From assembly GCF_009914755.1 (NCBI RefSeq), contig NC_060948.1: a stretch of DNA of 64,000 bases; one strand, given 5' to 3'. Below, piece by piece: positions 26,901 through 43,300 of the stretch; the stretch's first letter is position 1; every line of letters starts with the position of its first letter. Below the pieces are notes generated by a model. That model did not search any database. It worked only from the letters and a program-made list of their open reading frames with translations, and was not told the DNA's origin. The stretch comes from the human T2T-CHM13v2.0 reference genome, Homo sapiens. Made by a program: the position numbers and the translations under genes.

Positions 26901-29900
26901 AATAAAATCGACTCAGATAGAGTAGAATGTAATGGAATGGAGTGCAGTGCAATGGAATGGAATGGAATGGAATGCAATGTAATGGAATGGAATGGAATGG
27001 AATGGAATGGAATGGAATGGGATGGAATGGTATGGAATGGATAGTAATGGACTGGAGTGAAATGGACTGGAAAGGAATGGACTCAAATTGAAAGGGCTCG
27101 AAAGGAATGGAGTCAAATGGAATGGTCTGGAATGGAATGAACACGAATGTAATGCAACCCAATAGAATGGAATCGAATGGCATGGAATAGAAAGAAATGG
27201 AATCGAAGAGAATGGAAACAAATGGAATGGAATTGAATGGAATGGGAACGAATGGAGTGAAATTGTATGCAGTAGAAGAGAATAGAATGGAATGCAAGCG
27301 AAAGGAAAGGAATGGATTGGAATGGAATGGAATTCATTGGAATGGAAGGGAATGTAGTGTAATGGACAGGCCTGGAATAAAGTGGAATGCTACGGTCTCG
27401 AATGGAATAAAAATGTATGGAATGGAATGCAATGAAATGGAATCGAATGTCATAGAATGTAATGGAATGCAAAAAAATGGAATCCAAAATCATTGACTGG
27501 AAAGGCTGGGTGTCGAAAGGAATTGACTCCAATGGAATGGAATCGAATGGAATGGAAGTGAATAGAATCGAACTAAATCGAATGGAATGGAATTGATAGG
27601 AACGGAATGGAAAGGAATGCAATGATTTGGCATGGAATGGAATCGAATGGCATCGAATGGAATGGAATGGAATGCAATGGAATGGAATGTATTAGAATGT
27701 AATGAACTTTAATGGAATGTACTCGAATGGATTCGACTGGAATGGAATGTTCTGGAAGTGAATGGACTCCAATGGAATGGATTCAAAAGGAATGGAATCG
27801 TACGGAATGGAATCTAATGGAATGCAATTAAATGGAAATGAATCAAATTGAATAGCACGGAATTGAATTGAATGGAATGGAATGCAATGGAATCTAATGA
27901 AACGGAAAGGAAAGGAATGGAATGGAATGGAATGGGCTGGAATGGAAAGGAATCGAAACGAATGGAATGGAATCGAACTGAAGAGACTGGAATGGAATGC
28001 ACTGGAATGGAAGGGAGTGTAATGGAAGGTTCTCGAAAAAATGGAATCGAATGGAATGCAATTGAATGGAACGGAATAGAGTCGAATGGAATTGAATGGA
28101 ATGGAATGGACTAGAGTGAAATGGAATCGAACCACAAGGAATGGACAGGAATAGAATGGTCTCGAATTGAATGGAATCGTATGGAATGGCATCAAACGGA
28201 ATGGAATGGACAGCCACGGAATGGAATGCACTCGAATGCAATGGAGTCGAAACTAACGGACTGGAATAGAATGGAATCGACTGGTACGGACTCCAATGGA
28301 ATGGAATCGAATGGAAGGGAATCGAACGGAAGGGAATCGAACGGAATGGACTCGAAGGGAAAAGACTGCAATGGAAAGGTCTCGAATGGAATGGAAATTA
28401 ATGGAATGGAATGGAATCGAATGAAATGGAGTCAAAAGGAATGGAATCGAATGGCAAGAAATCGAATGTAATGGAATCGCAAGGAATTGATGTGAACGGA
28501 ACGGAATGGAATGGAATCCAAAGGAATGGAATAGAATGGAATGGAATCGAATGGAAAGGACTCGAATGGAAATCACTCGAATAGAATGCAATTTAATAAA
28601 ATAGGATCAAATGTAATGGAATGGAATGGAAAGGAATCGAAACGAAAGGAATGGAGACAGATGGAATGGAATGGAACAGAGAGCAATGGTATAGAATGGA
28701 ATGGAATCATCTGGAATGGAATTGAATGGAATGGAATGATATGAAATGGAATGGAATGGAATTGAATGGAATGCCCTTGAATTAAATGGACTGGACTCGA
28801 ACAGAGTGGAATGGAAAGTGTGGAGATAGAATGGAATGAACTCCTTTGGGATGGTCTAGTAGGCAATGCAATCGACTGGCAGGGAATCAAAAGGAATGTA
28901 ATCGAATGGATTGGACTGGAATGCAATGGACTCGAATAGATTGGAAACGGAATGCAAAGAATGGAATGGAATAGTATGGAATGGAATGGAAAGGAATGGA
29001 GTGGAATAGACTAGAGTGGAATGGAATGGACTGGAAAGCAATGGACTGGAATGGAACTTTGTTGAATGGACTGGAATCAAACGGAATGGAATGCAATGCA
29101 ATCAAATGGCATGGAATAAAATAGAATGAAAGAGAATCAAATGGAATTGAATCGAATGGAATCGAATGGATTGGAAAGGAATAGAATGGAATGGAATGGA
29201 ATTGACTCAAATGGAATGGACTAGAATGGAATGGATTCGAATGGAAGGCAAAGGAATGGAATCTATTGGAATGGACTGTAATGGAATGGAATGGAAGGGA
29301 TTGGAATGGACTCGAATGGAATGGACTGCAATAGAAAGGATTCGAATGGAATGAAAAAGAATTGAATGGAATAGAACAGAATGGAATCAAATCGAATGAA
29401 ATGGAATGGAATAGAAAGGAATGTAATGAAATGGAATGGAAAGGATTCGAATGGAATGCAATCGAATGGAATGGAATCGAACGGAATGGAATAAAATGGA
29501 AGAAAACTGGCAAGAAATGGAATCGAAATGAATGGAGTGTTATGGAACGGACTCAAAAGGAATTGAATGTAATAGAATGGAGTGGAGTGGACTCGAATAT
29601 AATGGACTGGAATGGAATGAAATCACATGGAATGGGAACGAATGGAATGGAATGGAAAGGAATGGAATCGAATGGAAAGGAATCGAATGGAAGGGAATGA
29701 AATTGAATCAACAGGAATGGAAGGGAATAGAATAGACGGTAATGGAATGGACTCGAATAGAATGGACACGAATGCTCAAATTGAATGGACTCGAATGGAA
29801 TGGAAACGAAAGGAATGTCATCGAATGGAATTGAATCGATTGGAATGAAATCGCATAGAATGGAGTGGAATCAAATGGAATTGAATCGAAAGGAAAGGAA

Positions 29901-32900
29901 GCGAATGGACTGAAATGAAATGGAATGGAATTGAATGGAAAGTAATGCAATGGAATAGAATGGAACGAAATTTCACGGAATGGAATCAAACTGAATGGAA
30001 TCAAATCAATGGAATCAAATCAAATGGAATGGAAAGGAATTGAATGGAGTAGATGGGATTGGATGGGATTGGAATGAAATGTACTGGAAAGGACTCGAAT
30101 TTCATGAAACGGAATGGAATGAATTGGAACGGAATGGACTCGAATGGAATGGAATGTCATGGGATGGCATCAAATGGAATGGCATCAAATGGAATGGAAT
30201 CGAATGCAATGGAATGCTATGGAATGGAATGGAATGCATTGGAATGGAATGTCCTCTAATGGAATGGATTCGAGTGGAATGGAATTGAATATAATGGAGT
30301 CGAATGAAATGGAATTGAAAGGAATGGGATCGAATACAATGGAATATACTGGAATGTAACGTAATGAACTCGAATGTAATTGACTGGAATGGAATGTACA
30401 TGAATGGAATGTAATCGAATGGAAAGTAATCCAAAGGAATAGAATCTAATGCAATAAAATCGACTCAGATAGAGTAGAATGTAATGGAATGGAGTGCAGT
30501 GCAATGGAATGGAATGGAATGGAATGCAATGGAATGGAATGGAATGGAATGGAATGGAATGGGATGGAATGGTGTGGAATGGATAGTAATGGACTGGAGT
30601 GAAATGGACTGGAAAGGAATGGACTCAAATTGAAAGGTCTCGAAAGGAATGGAGTCAAATGGAATGGTCTGGAATGGAATGAACACGAATGTAATGCAAC
30701 CCAATAGAATGGAATCGAATGGCATGGAATAGAAAGAAATGGAATCGAAGAGAATGGAAACAAATGGAATGGAATTGAATGGAATGGAATTGAATGGAAT
30801 GGGAACGAATGGAGTGAAATTGTATGCAGTAGAAGAGAATAGAATGGAATGCAAGCGAAAGGAAAGGAATGGATTGGAATGGAATGGAATTCATTGGAAT
30901 GGAAGGGAATGTAGTGTAATGGACAGGCCTGGAATAAAGTGGAATGCTACGGTCTCGAATGGAATAAAAATGTATGGAATGGAATGCAATGAAACGGAAT
31001 CGAATGTCATAGAATGTAATGGAATGCAAAAAAATGGAATCCAAAATCATTGACTGGAAAGGCTGGGTGTCGAAAGGAATTGACTCCAATGGAATGGAAT
31101 CGAATGGAATGGAAGTGAATAGAATCGAACTAAATCGAATGGAATGGAATTGATAGGAACGGAATGGAAAGGAATGCAATGATTTGGCATGGAATGGAAT
31201 CGAATGGCATCGAATGGAATGGAATGGAATGCAATGGAATGGAATGTATTAGAATGTAATGAACTTTAATGGAATGTACTCGAATGGATTCGACTGGAAT
31301 GGAATGTTATGGAAGTGAATGGACTCCAATGGAATGGATTCAAAAGGAATGGAATCGTACGGAATGGAATCTAATGGAATGCAATTAAATGGAAATGAAT
31401 CAAATTGAATAGCACGGAATTGAATTGAATGGAATGGAATGCAATGGAATCTAATGAAACGGAAAGGAAAGGAATGGAATGGAATGGAATGGGCTGGAAT
31501 GGAAAGGAATCGAAACGAATGGAATGGAATCGAACTGAAGAGACTGGAATGGAATGCACTGGAATGGAAGGGAGTGTAATGGAAGGTTCTCGAAAAAAAT
31601 GGAATCGAATGGAATGCAATTGAATGGAACGGAATAGATTCGAATGGAATTGAATGGAATGGAATGGACTAGAGTGAAATGGAATCGAACCACAAGGAAT
31701 GGACAGGAATAGAATGGTCTCGAATTGAATGGAATCGTATGGAATGGCATCAAACGGAATGGAATGGACAGCCACGGAATGGAATGCACTCGAATGCAAT
31801 GGAGTCGAAACTAACGGACTGGAATAGAATGGACTCGACTGGTACGGACTCCAATGGAATGGAATCGAATGGAAGGGAATCGAACGGAAGGGAATCGAAC
31901 GGAATGGACTCGAAGGGAAAAGACTGCAATGGAAAGGTCTCGAATGGAATGGAAATTAATGGAATGGAATGGAATCGAATGAAATGGAGTCAAAAGGAAT
32001 GGAATCGAATGGCAAGAAATCGAATGTAATGGAATCGCAAGGAATTGATGTGAACGGAACGGAATGGAATGGAATCCAAAGGAATGGAATAGAATGGAAT
32101 GGAATCGAATGGAAAGGACTCGAATGGAAATCATTCGAATAGAATGCAATTTAATAAAATAGGATCAAATGTAATGGAATGGAATGGAAAGGAATCGAAA
32201 CGAAAGGAATGGAGACAGATGGAATGGAATGGAACAGAGAGCAATGGTATAGAATGGAATGGAATCATCTGGAATGGAATTGAATGGAATGGAATGATAT
32301 GAAATGGAATGGAATGGAATGGAATGGAATGCCCTTGAATTAAATGGACTGGACTCGAACAGAGTGGAATGGAAAGTGTGGAGATAGAATGGAATGAACT
32401 CCTTTGGAATGGTCTAGTAGGCAATGCAATCGACTGGCAGGGAATCAAAAGGAATGTAATCGAATGGATTGGACTGGAATGCAATGGACTCGAATAGATT
32501 GGAAACGGAATGCAAAGAATGGAATGGAATAGTATGGAATGGAATGGAAAGGAATGGAGTGGAATAGACTAGAGTGGAATGGAATGGACTGGAAAGCAAT
32601 GGACTGGAATGGAACTTTCTTGAATGGACTGGAATCAAACGGAATGGAATGCAATGCAATCAAATGGCATGGAATAAAATAGAATGAAAGAGAATCAAAC
32701 AGAATTGAATCGAATGGAATCGAATGGATTGGAAAGGAATAGAATGGAATGGAATGGAATTGACTCAAATGGAATGGACTAGAATGGAATGGATTCGAAT
32801 GGAAGGCAAAGGAATGGAATCTATTGGAATGGACTGTAATGGAATGGAATGGAAGGGATTGGAATGGACTCGAATGGAATGGACTGCAATAGAAAGGATT

Positions 32901-34319
32901 CGAATGGAATGAAAAAGAATTGAATGGAATAGAACAGAATGGAATCAAATCGAATGAAATGGAATGGAATAGAAAGGAATGGAATGAAATGGAATGGAAA
33001 GGATTCGAATGGAATGCAATCGAATGGAATGGAATCGAACGGAATGGAATAAAATGGAAGAAAACTGGCAAGAAATGGAATCGAAATGAATGGAGTGTTA
33101 TGGAACGGACTCAAAAGGAATTGAATGTAATAGATTGGAGTGGAGTGGACTCGAATATAATGGACTGGAATGGAATGAAATCACATGGAATGGGAACGAA
33201 TGGAATGGAATGGAAAGGAATGGAATCGAATGGAAAGGAATCGAATGGAAGGGAATGAAATTGAATCAACAGGAATGGAAGGGAATAGAATAGACGGTAA
33301 TGGAATGGACTCAAATAGAATGGACACGAATGCTCAAATTGAATGGACTCGAATGGAATGGAAACGAAAGGAATGTCATCGAATGGAATTGAATCGATTG
33401 GAATGAAATCGCATAGAATGGAGTGGAATCAAATGGAATTGAATCGAAAGGAAAGGAAGCGAATGGACTGAAATGAAATGGAATGGAATTGAATGGAAAG
33501 TAATGCAATGGAATAGAATGGAACGAAATTTCACGGAATGGAATCAAACTGAATGGAATCAAATCAATGGAATCAAATCAAATGGAATGGAAAGGAATTG
33601 AATGGAGTAGATGGGATTGGATGGGATTGGAATGAAATGTACTGGAAAGGACTCGAATTTCATGAAACGGAATGGAATGAATTGGAACGGAATGGACTCG
33701 AATGGAATGGAATGTCATGGGATGGCATCAAATGGAATGGCATCAAATGGAATGGAATCGAATGCAATGGAATGCTATGGAATGGAATGGAATGCATTGG
33801 AATGGAATGTCCTCTAATGGAATGGATTCGAGTGGAATGGAATTGAATATAATGGAGTCGAATGAAATGGAATTGAAAGGAATGGGATCGAATACAATGG
33901 AATATACTGGAATGTAACGTAATGAACTCGAATGTAATTGACTGGAATGGAATGTACATGAATGGAATGTAATCGAATGGAAAGTAATCCAATGGAATAG
34001 AATCTAATGCAATAAAATCGACTCAGATAGAGTAGAATGTAATGGAATGGAGTGCAGTGCAATGGAATGGAATGGAATGGAATGCAATGGAATGGAATGG
34101 AATGGAATGGAATGGAATGGAATGGAATGGAATGGAATGGAATGGGATGGAATGGTATGGAATGGATAGTAATGGACTGGAGTGAAATGGACTGGAAAGG
34201 AATGGACTCAAATTGAAAGGGCTCGAAAGGAATGGAGTCAAATGGAATGGTCTGGAATGGAATGAACACGAATGTAATGCAACCCAATAGAATGGAATCG
34301 AATGGCATGGAATATAAAG

Positions 34320-37300
34320 AAATGGAATCGAAGAGAATGGAAACAAATGGAATGGAATTGAATGGAATGGGAACGAATGGAGTGAAATTGTATGCAGTAG
34401 AAGAGAATAGAATGGAATGCAAGCGAAAGGAAAGGAATGGATTGGAATGGAATGGAATTCATTGGAATGGAAGGGAATGTAGTGTAATGGACAGGCCTGG
34501 AATAAAGTGGAATGCTACGGTCTCGAATGGAATAAAAATGTATGGAATGGAATGCAATGAAACGGAATCGAATGTCATAGAATGTAATGGAATGCAAAAA
34601 AATGGAATCCAAAATCATTGACTGGAAAGGCTGGGTGTCGAAAGGAATTGACTCCAATGGAATGGAATCGAATGGAATGGAAGTGAATAGAATCGAACTA
34701 AATCGAATGGAATGGAATTGATAGGAACGGAATGGAAAGGAATGCAATGATTTGGCATGGAATGGAATCGAATGGCATCGAATGGAATGGAATGGAATGC
34801 AATGGAATGGAATGTATTAGAATGTAATGAACTTTAATGGAATGTACTCGAATGGATTCGACTGGAATGGAATGTTCTGGAAGTGAATGGACTCCAATGG
34901 AATGGATTCAAAAGGAATGGAATCGTACGGAATGGAATCTAATGGAATGCAATTAAATGGAAATGAATCAAATTGAATAGCACGGAATTGAATTGAATGG
35001 AATGGAATGCAATGGAATCTAATGAAACGGAAAGGAAAGGAATGGAATGGAATGGAATGGGCTGGAATGGAAAGGAATCGAAACGAATGGAATGGAATCG
35101 AACTGAAGAGACTGGAATGGAATGCACTGGAATGGAAGGGAGTGTAATGGAAGGTTCTCGAAAAAAATGGAATCGAATGGAATGCAATTGGATGGAACGG
35201 AATAGAGTCGAATGGAATTGAATGGAATGGAATGGACTAGAGTGAAATGGAATCGAACCACAAGGAATGGACAGGAATAGAATGGTCTCGAATTGAATGG
35301 AATCGTATGGAATGGCATCAAACGGAATGGAATGGACAGCCACGGAATGGAATGCACTCGAATGCAATGGAGTCGAAACTAACGGACTGGAATAGAATGG
35401 ACTCGACTGGTACGGACTCCAATGGAATGGAATCGAATGGAAGGGAATCGAACGGAAGGGAATCGAACGGAATGGACTCGAAGGGAAAAGACTGCAATGG
35501 AAAGGTCTCGAATGGAATGGAAATTAATGGAATGGAATGGAATCGAATGAAATGGAGTCAAAAGGAATGGAATCGAATGGCAAGAAATCGAATGTAATGG
35601 AATCGCAAGGAATTGATGTGAACGGAACGGAATGGAATGGAATCCAAAGGAATGGAATAGAATGGAATGGAATCGAATGGAAAGGACTCGAATGGAAATC
35701 ACTCGAATAGAATGCAATTTAATAAAATAGGATCAAATGTAATGGAATGGAATGGAAAGGAATCGAAAGGAAAGGAATGGAGACAGATGGAATGGAATGG
35801 AACAGAGAGCAATGGTATAGAATGGAATGGAATCACCTGGAATGGAATTGAATGGAATGGAATGATATGAAATGGAATGGAATGGAATGGAATGGAATGC
35901 CCTTGAATTAAATGGACTGGACTCGAACAGAGTGGAATGGAAAGTGTGGAGATAGAATGGAATGAACTCATTTGGAATGGTCTAGTAGGCAATGCAATCG
36001 ACTGGCAGGGAATCAAAAGGAATGTAATCGAATGGATTGGACTGGAATGCAATGGACTCGAATAGATTGGAAACGGAATGCAAAGGAATGGAATGGAATA
36101 GTATGGAATGGAATGGAAAGGAATGGAGTGGAATAGACTAGAGTGGAATGGAATGGACTGGAAAGCAATGGACTGGAATGGAACTTTCTTGAATGGACTG
36201 GAATCAAACGGAATGGAATGCAATGCAATCAAATGGCATGGAATAAAATAGAATGAAAGAGAATCAAATGGAATTGAATCGAATGGAATCGAATGGATTG
36301 GAAAGGAATAGAATGGAATGGAATGGAATTGACTCAAATGGAATGGACTAGAATGGAATGGATTCGAATGGAAGGCAAAGGAATGGAATCTATTGGAATG
36401 GACTGTAATGGAATGGAATGGAAGGGATTGGAATGGACTCGAATGGAATGGACTGCAATAGAAAGGATTCGAATGGAATGAAAAAGAATTGAATGGAATA
36501 GAACAGAATGGAATCAAATCGAATGAAATGGAATGGAATAGAAAGGAATGGAATGAAATGGAATGGAAAGGATTCGAATGGAATGCAATCGAATGGAATG
36601 GAATCGAACGGAATGGAATAAAATGGAAGAAAACTGGCAAGAAATGGAATCGAAATGAATGGAGTGTTATGGAACGGACTCAAAAGGAATTGAATGTAAT
36701 AGAATGGAGTGGAGTGGACTCGAATATAATGGACTGGAATGGAATGAAATCACATGGAATGGGAACGAATGGAATGGAATGGAAAGGAATGGAATCGAAT
36801 GGAAAGGAATCGAATGGAAGGGAATGAAATTGAATCAACAGGAATGGAAGGGAATAGAATAGACGGTAATGGAATGGACTCGAATAGAATGGACACGAAT
36901 GCTCAAATTGAATGGACTCGAATGGAATGGAAACGAAAGGAATGTCATCGAATGGAATTGAATCGATTGGAATGAAATCGCATAGAATGGAGTGGAATCA
37001 AATGGAATTGAATCGAAAGGAAAGGAAGCGAATGGACTGAAATGAAATGGAATGGAATTGAATGGAAAGTAATGCAATGGAATAGAATGGAACGAAATTT
37101 CACGGAATGGAATCAAACTGAATGGAATCAAATCAATGGAATCAAATCAAATGGAATGGAAAGGAATTGAATGGAGTAGATGGGATTGGATGGGATTGGA
37201 ATGAAATGTACTGGAAAGGACTCGAATTTCATGAAACGGAATGGAATGAATTGGAACGGAATGGACTCGAATGGAATGGAATGTCATGGGATGGCATCAA

Positions 37301-40300
37301 ATGGAATGACATCAAATGGAATGGAATCGAATGCAATGGAATGCTATGGAATGGAATGGAATGCATTAGAATGGAATGTCCTCTAATGGAATGGATTCGA
37401 GTGGAATGGAATCGAATATAATGGAGTCGAATGAAATGGAATTGAAAGGAATGGGATCGAATACAAAGGAATATACTGGAATGTAACGTAATGAACTCGA
37501 ATGTAATTGACTGGAATGGAATGTACATGAATGGAATGTAATCGAATGGAAAGTAATCGAATGGAATAGAATCTAATGCAATAAAATCGACTCAGATAGA
37601 GTAGAATGTAATGGAATGGAGTGCAGTGCAACGGAATGGAATGGAATGGAATGCAATGGAATGGAATGGAATGGAATGGAATGGAATGGAATGGGATGGA
37701 ATGGTATGGAATGGATAGTAATGGACTGGAGTGAAATGGACTGGAAAGGAATGGACTCAAATTGAAAGGGCTCGAAAGGAATGGAGTCAAATGGAATGGT
37801 CTGGAATGGAATGAACACGAATGTAATGCAACCCAATAGAATGGAATCGAATGGCATGGAATATAAAGAAATGGAATCGAAGAGAATGGAAACAAATGGA
37901 ATGGAATTGAATGGAATGGAATTGAATGGAATGGGAACGAATGGAGTGAAATTGTATGCAGTAGAAGAGAATAGAATGGAATGCAAGCGAAAGGAAAGGA
38001 ATGGATTGGAATGGAATGGAATTCATTGGAATGGAAGGGAATGTAGTGTAATGGACAGGCCTGGAATAAAGTGGAATGCTACGGTCTCGAATGGAATAAA
38101 AATGTATGGAATGGAATGCAATGAAACGGAATCGAATGTCATAGAATGTAATGGAATGCAAAAAAATGGAATCCAAAATCATTGACTGGAAAGGCTGGGT
38201 GTCGAAAGGAATTGACTCCAATGGAATGGAATCGAATGAAATGGAAGTGAATAGAATCGAACTAAATCGAATGGAATGGAATTGATAGGAACGGAATGGA
38301 AAGGAATGCAATGATTTGGCATGGAATGGAATCGAATGGCATCGAATGGAATGGAATGGAATGCAATGGAATGGAATGTATTAGAATGTAATGAACTTTA
38401 ATGGAATGTACTCGAATGGATTCGACTGGAATGGAATGTTCTGGAAGTGAATGGACTCCAATGGAATGGATTCCAAAGGAATGGAATCGTACGGAATGGA
38501 ATCTAATGGAATGGAATTAAATGGAAATGAATCAAATTGAATAGCACGGAATTGAATTGAATGGAATGGAATGCAATGGAATCTAATGAAACGGAAAGGA
38601 AAGGAATGGAATGGAATGGAATGGGCTGGAATGGAAAGGAATCGAAACGAATGGAATGGAATCGAAGTGAAGAGACTGCAATGGAATGCACTGGAATGGA
38701 AAGTTCTCGAAAAAAATGGAATCGAATGGAATGGAATTGAATGGAACGGAATAGTGTCGAATGGAATTGAATGGAATGGAATGGACTAGAGTGAAATGGA
38801 ATCGAACCACAAGGAATGGACAGGAATAGAATGGTCTCGAATTGAATGGAATCGTATGGAATGGCATCAAACGGAATGGAATGGACAGCCACGGAATGGA
38901 ATGCACTCGAATGCAATGGAGTCGAAACTAATGGACTGGAATAGAATGGACTCGACTGGTACGGACTCCAATGGAATGGAATCGAATGGAAGGGAATCGA
39001 ACGGAAGGGAATCGAACGGAATGGACTCGAAGGGAAAAGACTGCAATGGAAAGGTCTCGAATTGAATGGAAATTAATGGAATGGAATGGAATCGAATGAA
39101 ATGGAGTCAAAAGGAATGGAATCGAATGGCAAGAAATCGAATGTAATGGAATCGCCAGGAATTGATGTGAACGGAACGGAATGGAATGGAATCCAAAGGA
39201 ATGGAATAGAATGGAATGGAATCGAATGGAAAGGACTCGAATGGAAATCACTCGAATAGAATGCAATTTAATAAAATAGGATCAAATGTAATGGAATGGA
39301 ATGGAAAGGAATCGAAACGAAAGGAATGGAGACAGATGGAATGGAATGGAAGAGAGAGCAATGGTATAGAATGGAATGGAATCATCTGGAATGGAATTGA
39401 ATGGAATGGAATAATATGAAATGGAATGGAATGGAATGGAATGGAATGCCCTTGAATTAAATGGACTGGAATGGAATGGACTCAAACAGAGTGGAATGGA
39501 AAGTGTGGAGATAGAATGGAATGAACTCCTTTGGAATGGTGTAGTTTGCAATGCAATCGACTGGCAGGGAATCAAAAGGAATGTAATCGAATGGATTGGA
39601 CTGGAATGCAATGGACTCGAATAGATTGGAAACGGAATGCAAAGGAATGGAATGGAATAGTATGGAATGCAATGGAAGGGAATGGAGTGGAATAGACTAG
39701 AGTGGAATGGAATGGACTGGAAAGCAATGCACTGGAATGGAACTTTCTTGGATGGACTGGAATCAAACGGAATGGAATGCAATGCAATCAAATGGCATGG
39801 AATAAAATAGAATGAAAGAGAATCAAATGGAATTGAATCGAATGGAATCGAATGGATTGGAAAGGAATAGAATGGAATGGAATGGAATTGACTCAAATGG
39901 AATGGACTAGAATGGAATGGATTCGAATGGAAGGCAAAGGAATGGAATCTATTGGAATGGACTGTAATGGAATGGAATGGAAGGGATTGGAATGGACTCG
40001 AATGGAATGGACTGCAATAGAAAGGATTCGAATGGAATGAAAAAGAATTGAATGGAATAGAACAGAATGGAATCAAATCGAATGAAATGGAATGGAATAG
40101 AAAGGAATGGAATGAAATGGAATGGAAAGGATTCGAATGGAATGCAATCGAATGGAATGGAATCGAACGGAATGGAATAAAATGGAAGAAAACTGGCAAG
40201 AAATGGAATCGAAATGAATGGAGTGTTATGGAACGGACTCAAAAGGAATTGAATGTAACAGAATGGAGTGGAGTGGACTCGAATATAATGGACTGGAATG

Positions 40301-43300
40301 GAATGAAATCACATGGAATGGGAACGAATGGAATGGAATGGAAAGGAATGGAATCGAATGGAAAGGAATCGAATGGAAGGGAATGAAATTGAATCAACAG
40401 GAATGGAAGGGAATAGAATAGACTGTAATGGAATGGACTCGAATAGAATGGACACGAATGCTCAAATTAAATGGACTCGAATGGAATGGAAACGAAAGGA
40501 ATGTCATCGAATGGAATTGAATCGATTGGAATGAAATCGCATAGAATGGAGTGGAATCAAATGGAATTGAATCGAAAGGAAAGGAAGCGAATGGACTGAA
40601 ATGAAATGGAATGGAATTGAATGGAAAGTAATGCAATGGAATAGAATGGAACGAAATTTCACGGAATGGAATCAAACTGAATGGAATCAAATCAATGGAA
40701 TCAAATCAAATGGAATGGAAAGGAATTGAATGGAGTAGATGGGATTGGATGGGATTGGAATGAAATGTACTGGAAAGGACTCGAATTTCATGAAACGGAA
40801 TGGAATGAATTGGAACGGAATGGACTCGAATGGAATGGAATGTCATGGGATGGCATCAAATGTAATGGCATCAAATGGAATGGAATCGAATGCAATGGAA
40901 TGCTATGGAATGGAATGGAATGCATTGGAATGGAATGTCCTCTAATGGAATGGATTCGAGTGGAATGGAATTGAATATAATGGAGTCGAATGAAATGGAA
41001 TTGAAAGGAATGGGATCGAATACAATGGAATATACTGGAATGTAACGTAATGAACTCGAATGTAATTGACTGGAATGGAATGTACATGAATGGAATGTAA
41101 TCGAATGGAAAGTAATCCAATGGAATAGAATCTAATGCAATAAAATCGACTCAGATAGAGTAGAATGTAATGGAATGGAGTGCAGTGCAATGGAATGGAA
41201 TGGAATGGAATGCAATGGAATGGAATGGAATGGAATGGAATGGAATGGGATGGAATGGTATGGAATGGATAGTAATGGACTGGAGTGAAATGGACTGGAA
41301 AGGAATGGACTCAAATTGAAAGGGCTCGAAAGGAATGGAGTCAAATGGAATGGTCTGGAATGGAATGAACACGAATGTAATGCAACCCAATAGAATGGAA
41401 TCGAATGGCATGGAATAGAAAGAAATGGAATCGAAGAGAATGGAAACAAATGGAATGGAATTGAATGGAATGGGAACGAATGGAGTGAAATTGTATGCAG
41501 TAGAAGAGAATAGAATGGAATGCAAGCGAAAGGAAAGGAATGGATTGGAATGGAATGGAATTCATTGGAATGGAAGGGAATGTAGTGTAATGGACAGGCC
41601 TGGAATAAAGTGGAATGCTACGGTCTCGAATGGAATAAAAATGTATGGAATGGAATGCAATGAAACGGAATCGAATGTCATAGAATGTAATGGAATGCAA
41701 AAAAATGGAATCCAAAATCATTGACTGGAAAGGCTGGGTGTCGAAAGGAATTGACTCCAATGGAATGGAATCGAATGGAATGGAAGTGAATAGAATCGAA
41801 CTAAATCGAATGGAATGGAATTGATAGGAACGGAATGGAAAGGAATGCAATGATTTGGCATGGAATGGAATCGAATGGCATCGAATGGAATGGAATGGAA
41901 TGCAATGGAATGGAATGTATTAGAATGTAATGAACTTTAATGGAATGTACTCGAATGGATTCGACTGGAATGGAATGTTCTGGAAGTGAATGGACTCCAA
42001 TGGAATGGATTCAAAAGGAATGGAATCGTACGGAATGGAATCTAATGGAATGCAATTAAATGGAAATGAATCAAATTGAATAGCACGGAATTGAATTGAA
42101 TGGAATGGAATGCAATGGAATCTAATGAAACGGAAAGGAAAGGAATGGAATGGAATGGAATGGGCTGGAATGGAAAGGAATCGAAACGAATGGAATGGAA
42201 TCGAACTGAAGAGACTGGAATGGAATGCACTGGAATGGAAGGGAGTGTAATGGAAGGTTCTCGAAAAAAATGGAATCGAATGGAATGCAATTGGATGGAA
42301 CGGAATAGAGTCGAATGGAATTGAATGGAATGGAATGGACTAGAGTGAAATGGAATCGAACCACAAGGAATGGACAGGAATAGAATGGTCTCGAATTGAA
42401 TGGAATCGTATGGAATGGCATCAAACGGAATGGAATGGACAGCCACGGAATGGAATGCACTCGAATGCAATGGAGTCGAAACTAACGGACTGGAATAGAA
42501 TGGACTCGACTGGTACGGACTCCAATGGAATGGAATCGAATGGAAGGGAATCGAACGGAAGGGAATCGAACGGAATGGACTCGAAGGGAAAAGACTGCAA
42601 TGGAAAGGTCTCGAATGGAATGGAAATTAATGGAATGGAATGGAATCGAATGAAATGGAGTCAAAAGGAATGGAATCGAATGGCAAGAAATCGAATGTAA
42701 TGGAATCGCAAGGAATTGATGTGAACGGAACGGAATGGAATGGAATCCAAAGGAATGGAATAGAATGGAATGGAATCGAATGGAAAGGACTCGAATGGAA
42801 ATCACTCGAATAGAATGCAATTTAATAAAATAGGATCAAATGTAATGGAATGGAATGGAAAGGAATCGAAAGGAAAGGAATGGAGACAGATGGAATGGAA
42901 TGGAACAGAGAGCAATGGTATAGAATGGAATGGAATCACCTGGAATGGAATTGAATGGAATGGAATGATATGAAATGGAATGGAATGGAATGGAATGGAA
43001 TGCCCTTGAATTAAATGGACTGGACTCGAACAGAGTGGAATGGAAAGTGTGGAGATAGAATGGAATGAACTCATTTGGAATGGTCTAGTAGGCAATGCAA
43101 TCGACTGGCAGGGAATCAAAAGGAATGTAATCGAATGGATTGGACTGGAATGCAATGGACTCGAATAGATTGGAAACGGAATGCAAAGGAATGGAATGGA
43201 ATAGTATGGAATGGAATGGAAAGGAATGGAGTGGAATAGACTAGAGTGGAATGGAATGGACTGGAAAGCAATGGACTGGAATGGAACTTTCTTGAATGGA

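Noticed and set aside
10769-28040. Private 1-bp indels in A-runs (GGAAAAGGACTC ~10769, CGAAAAAATGG ~28035)
   Set aside because: Singleton homopolymer changes cannot be told apart from sequencing or consensus error.
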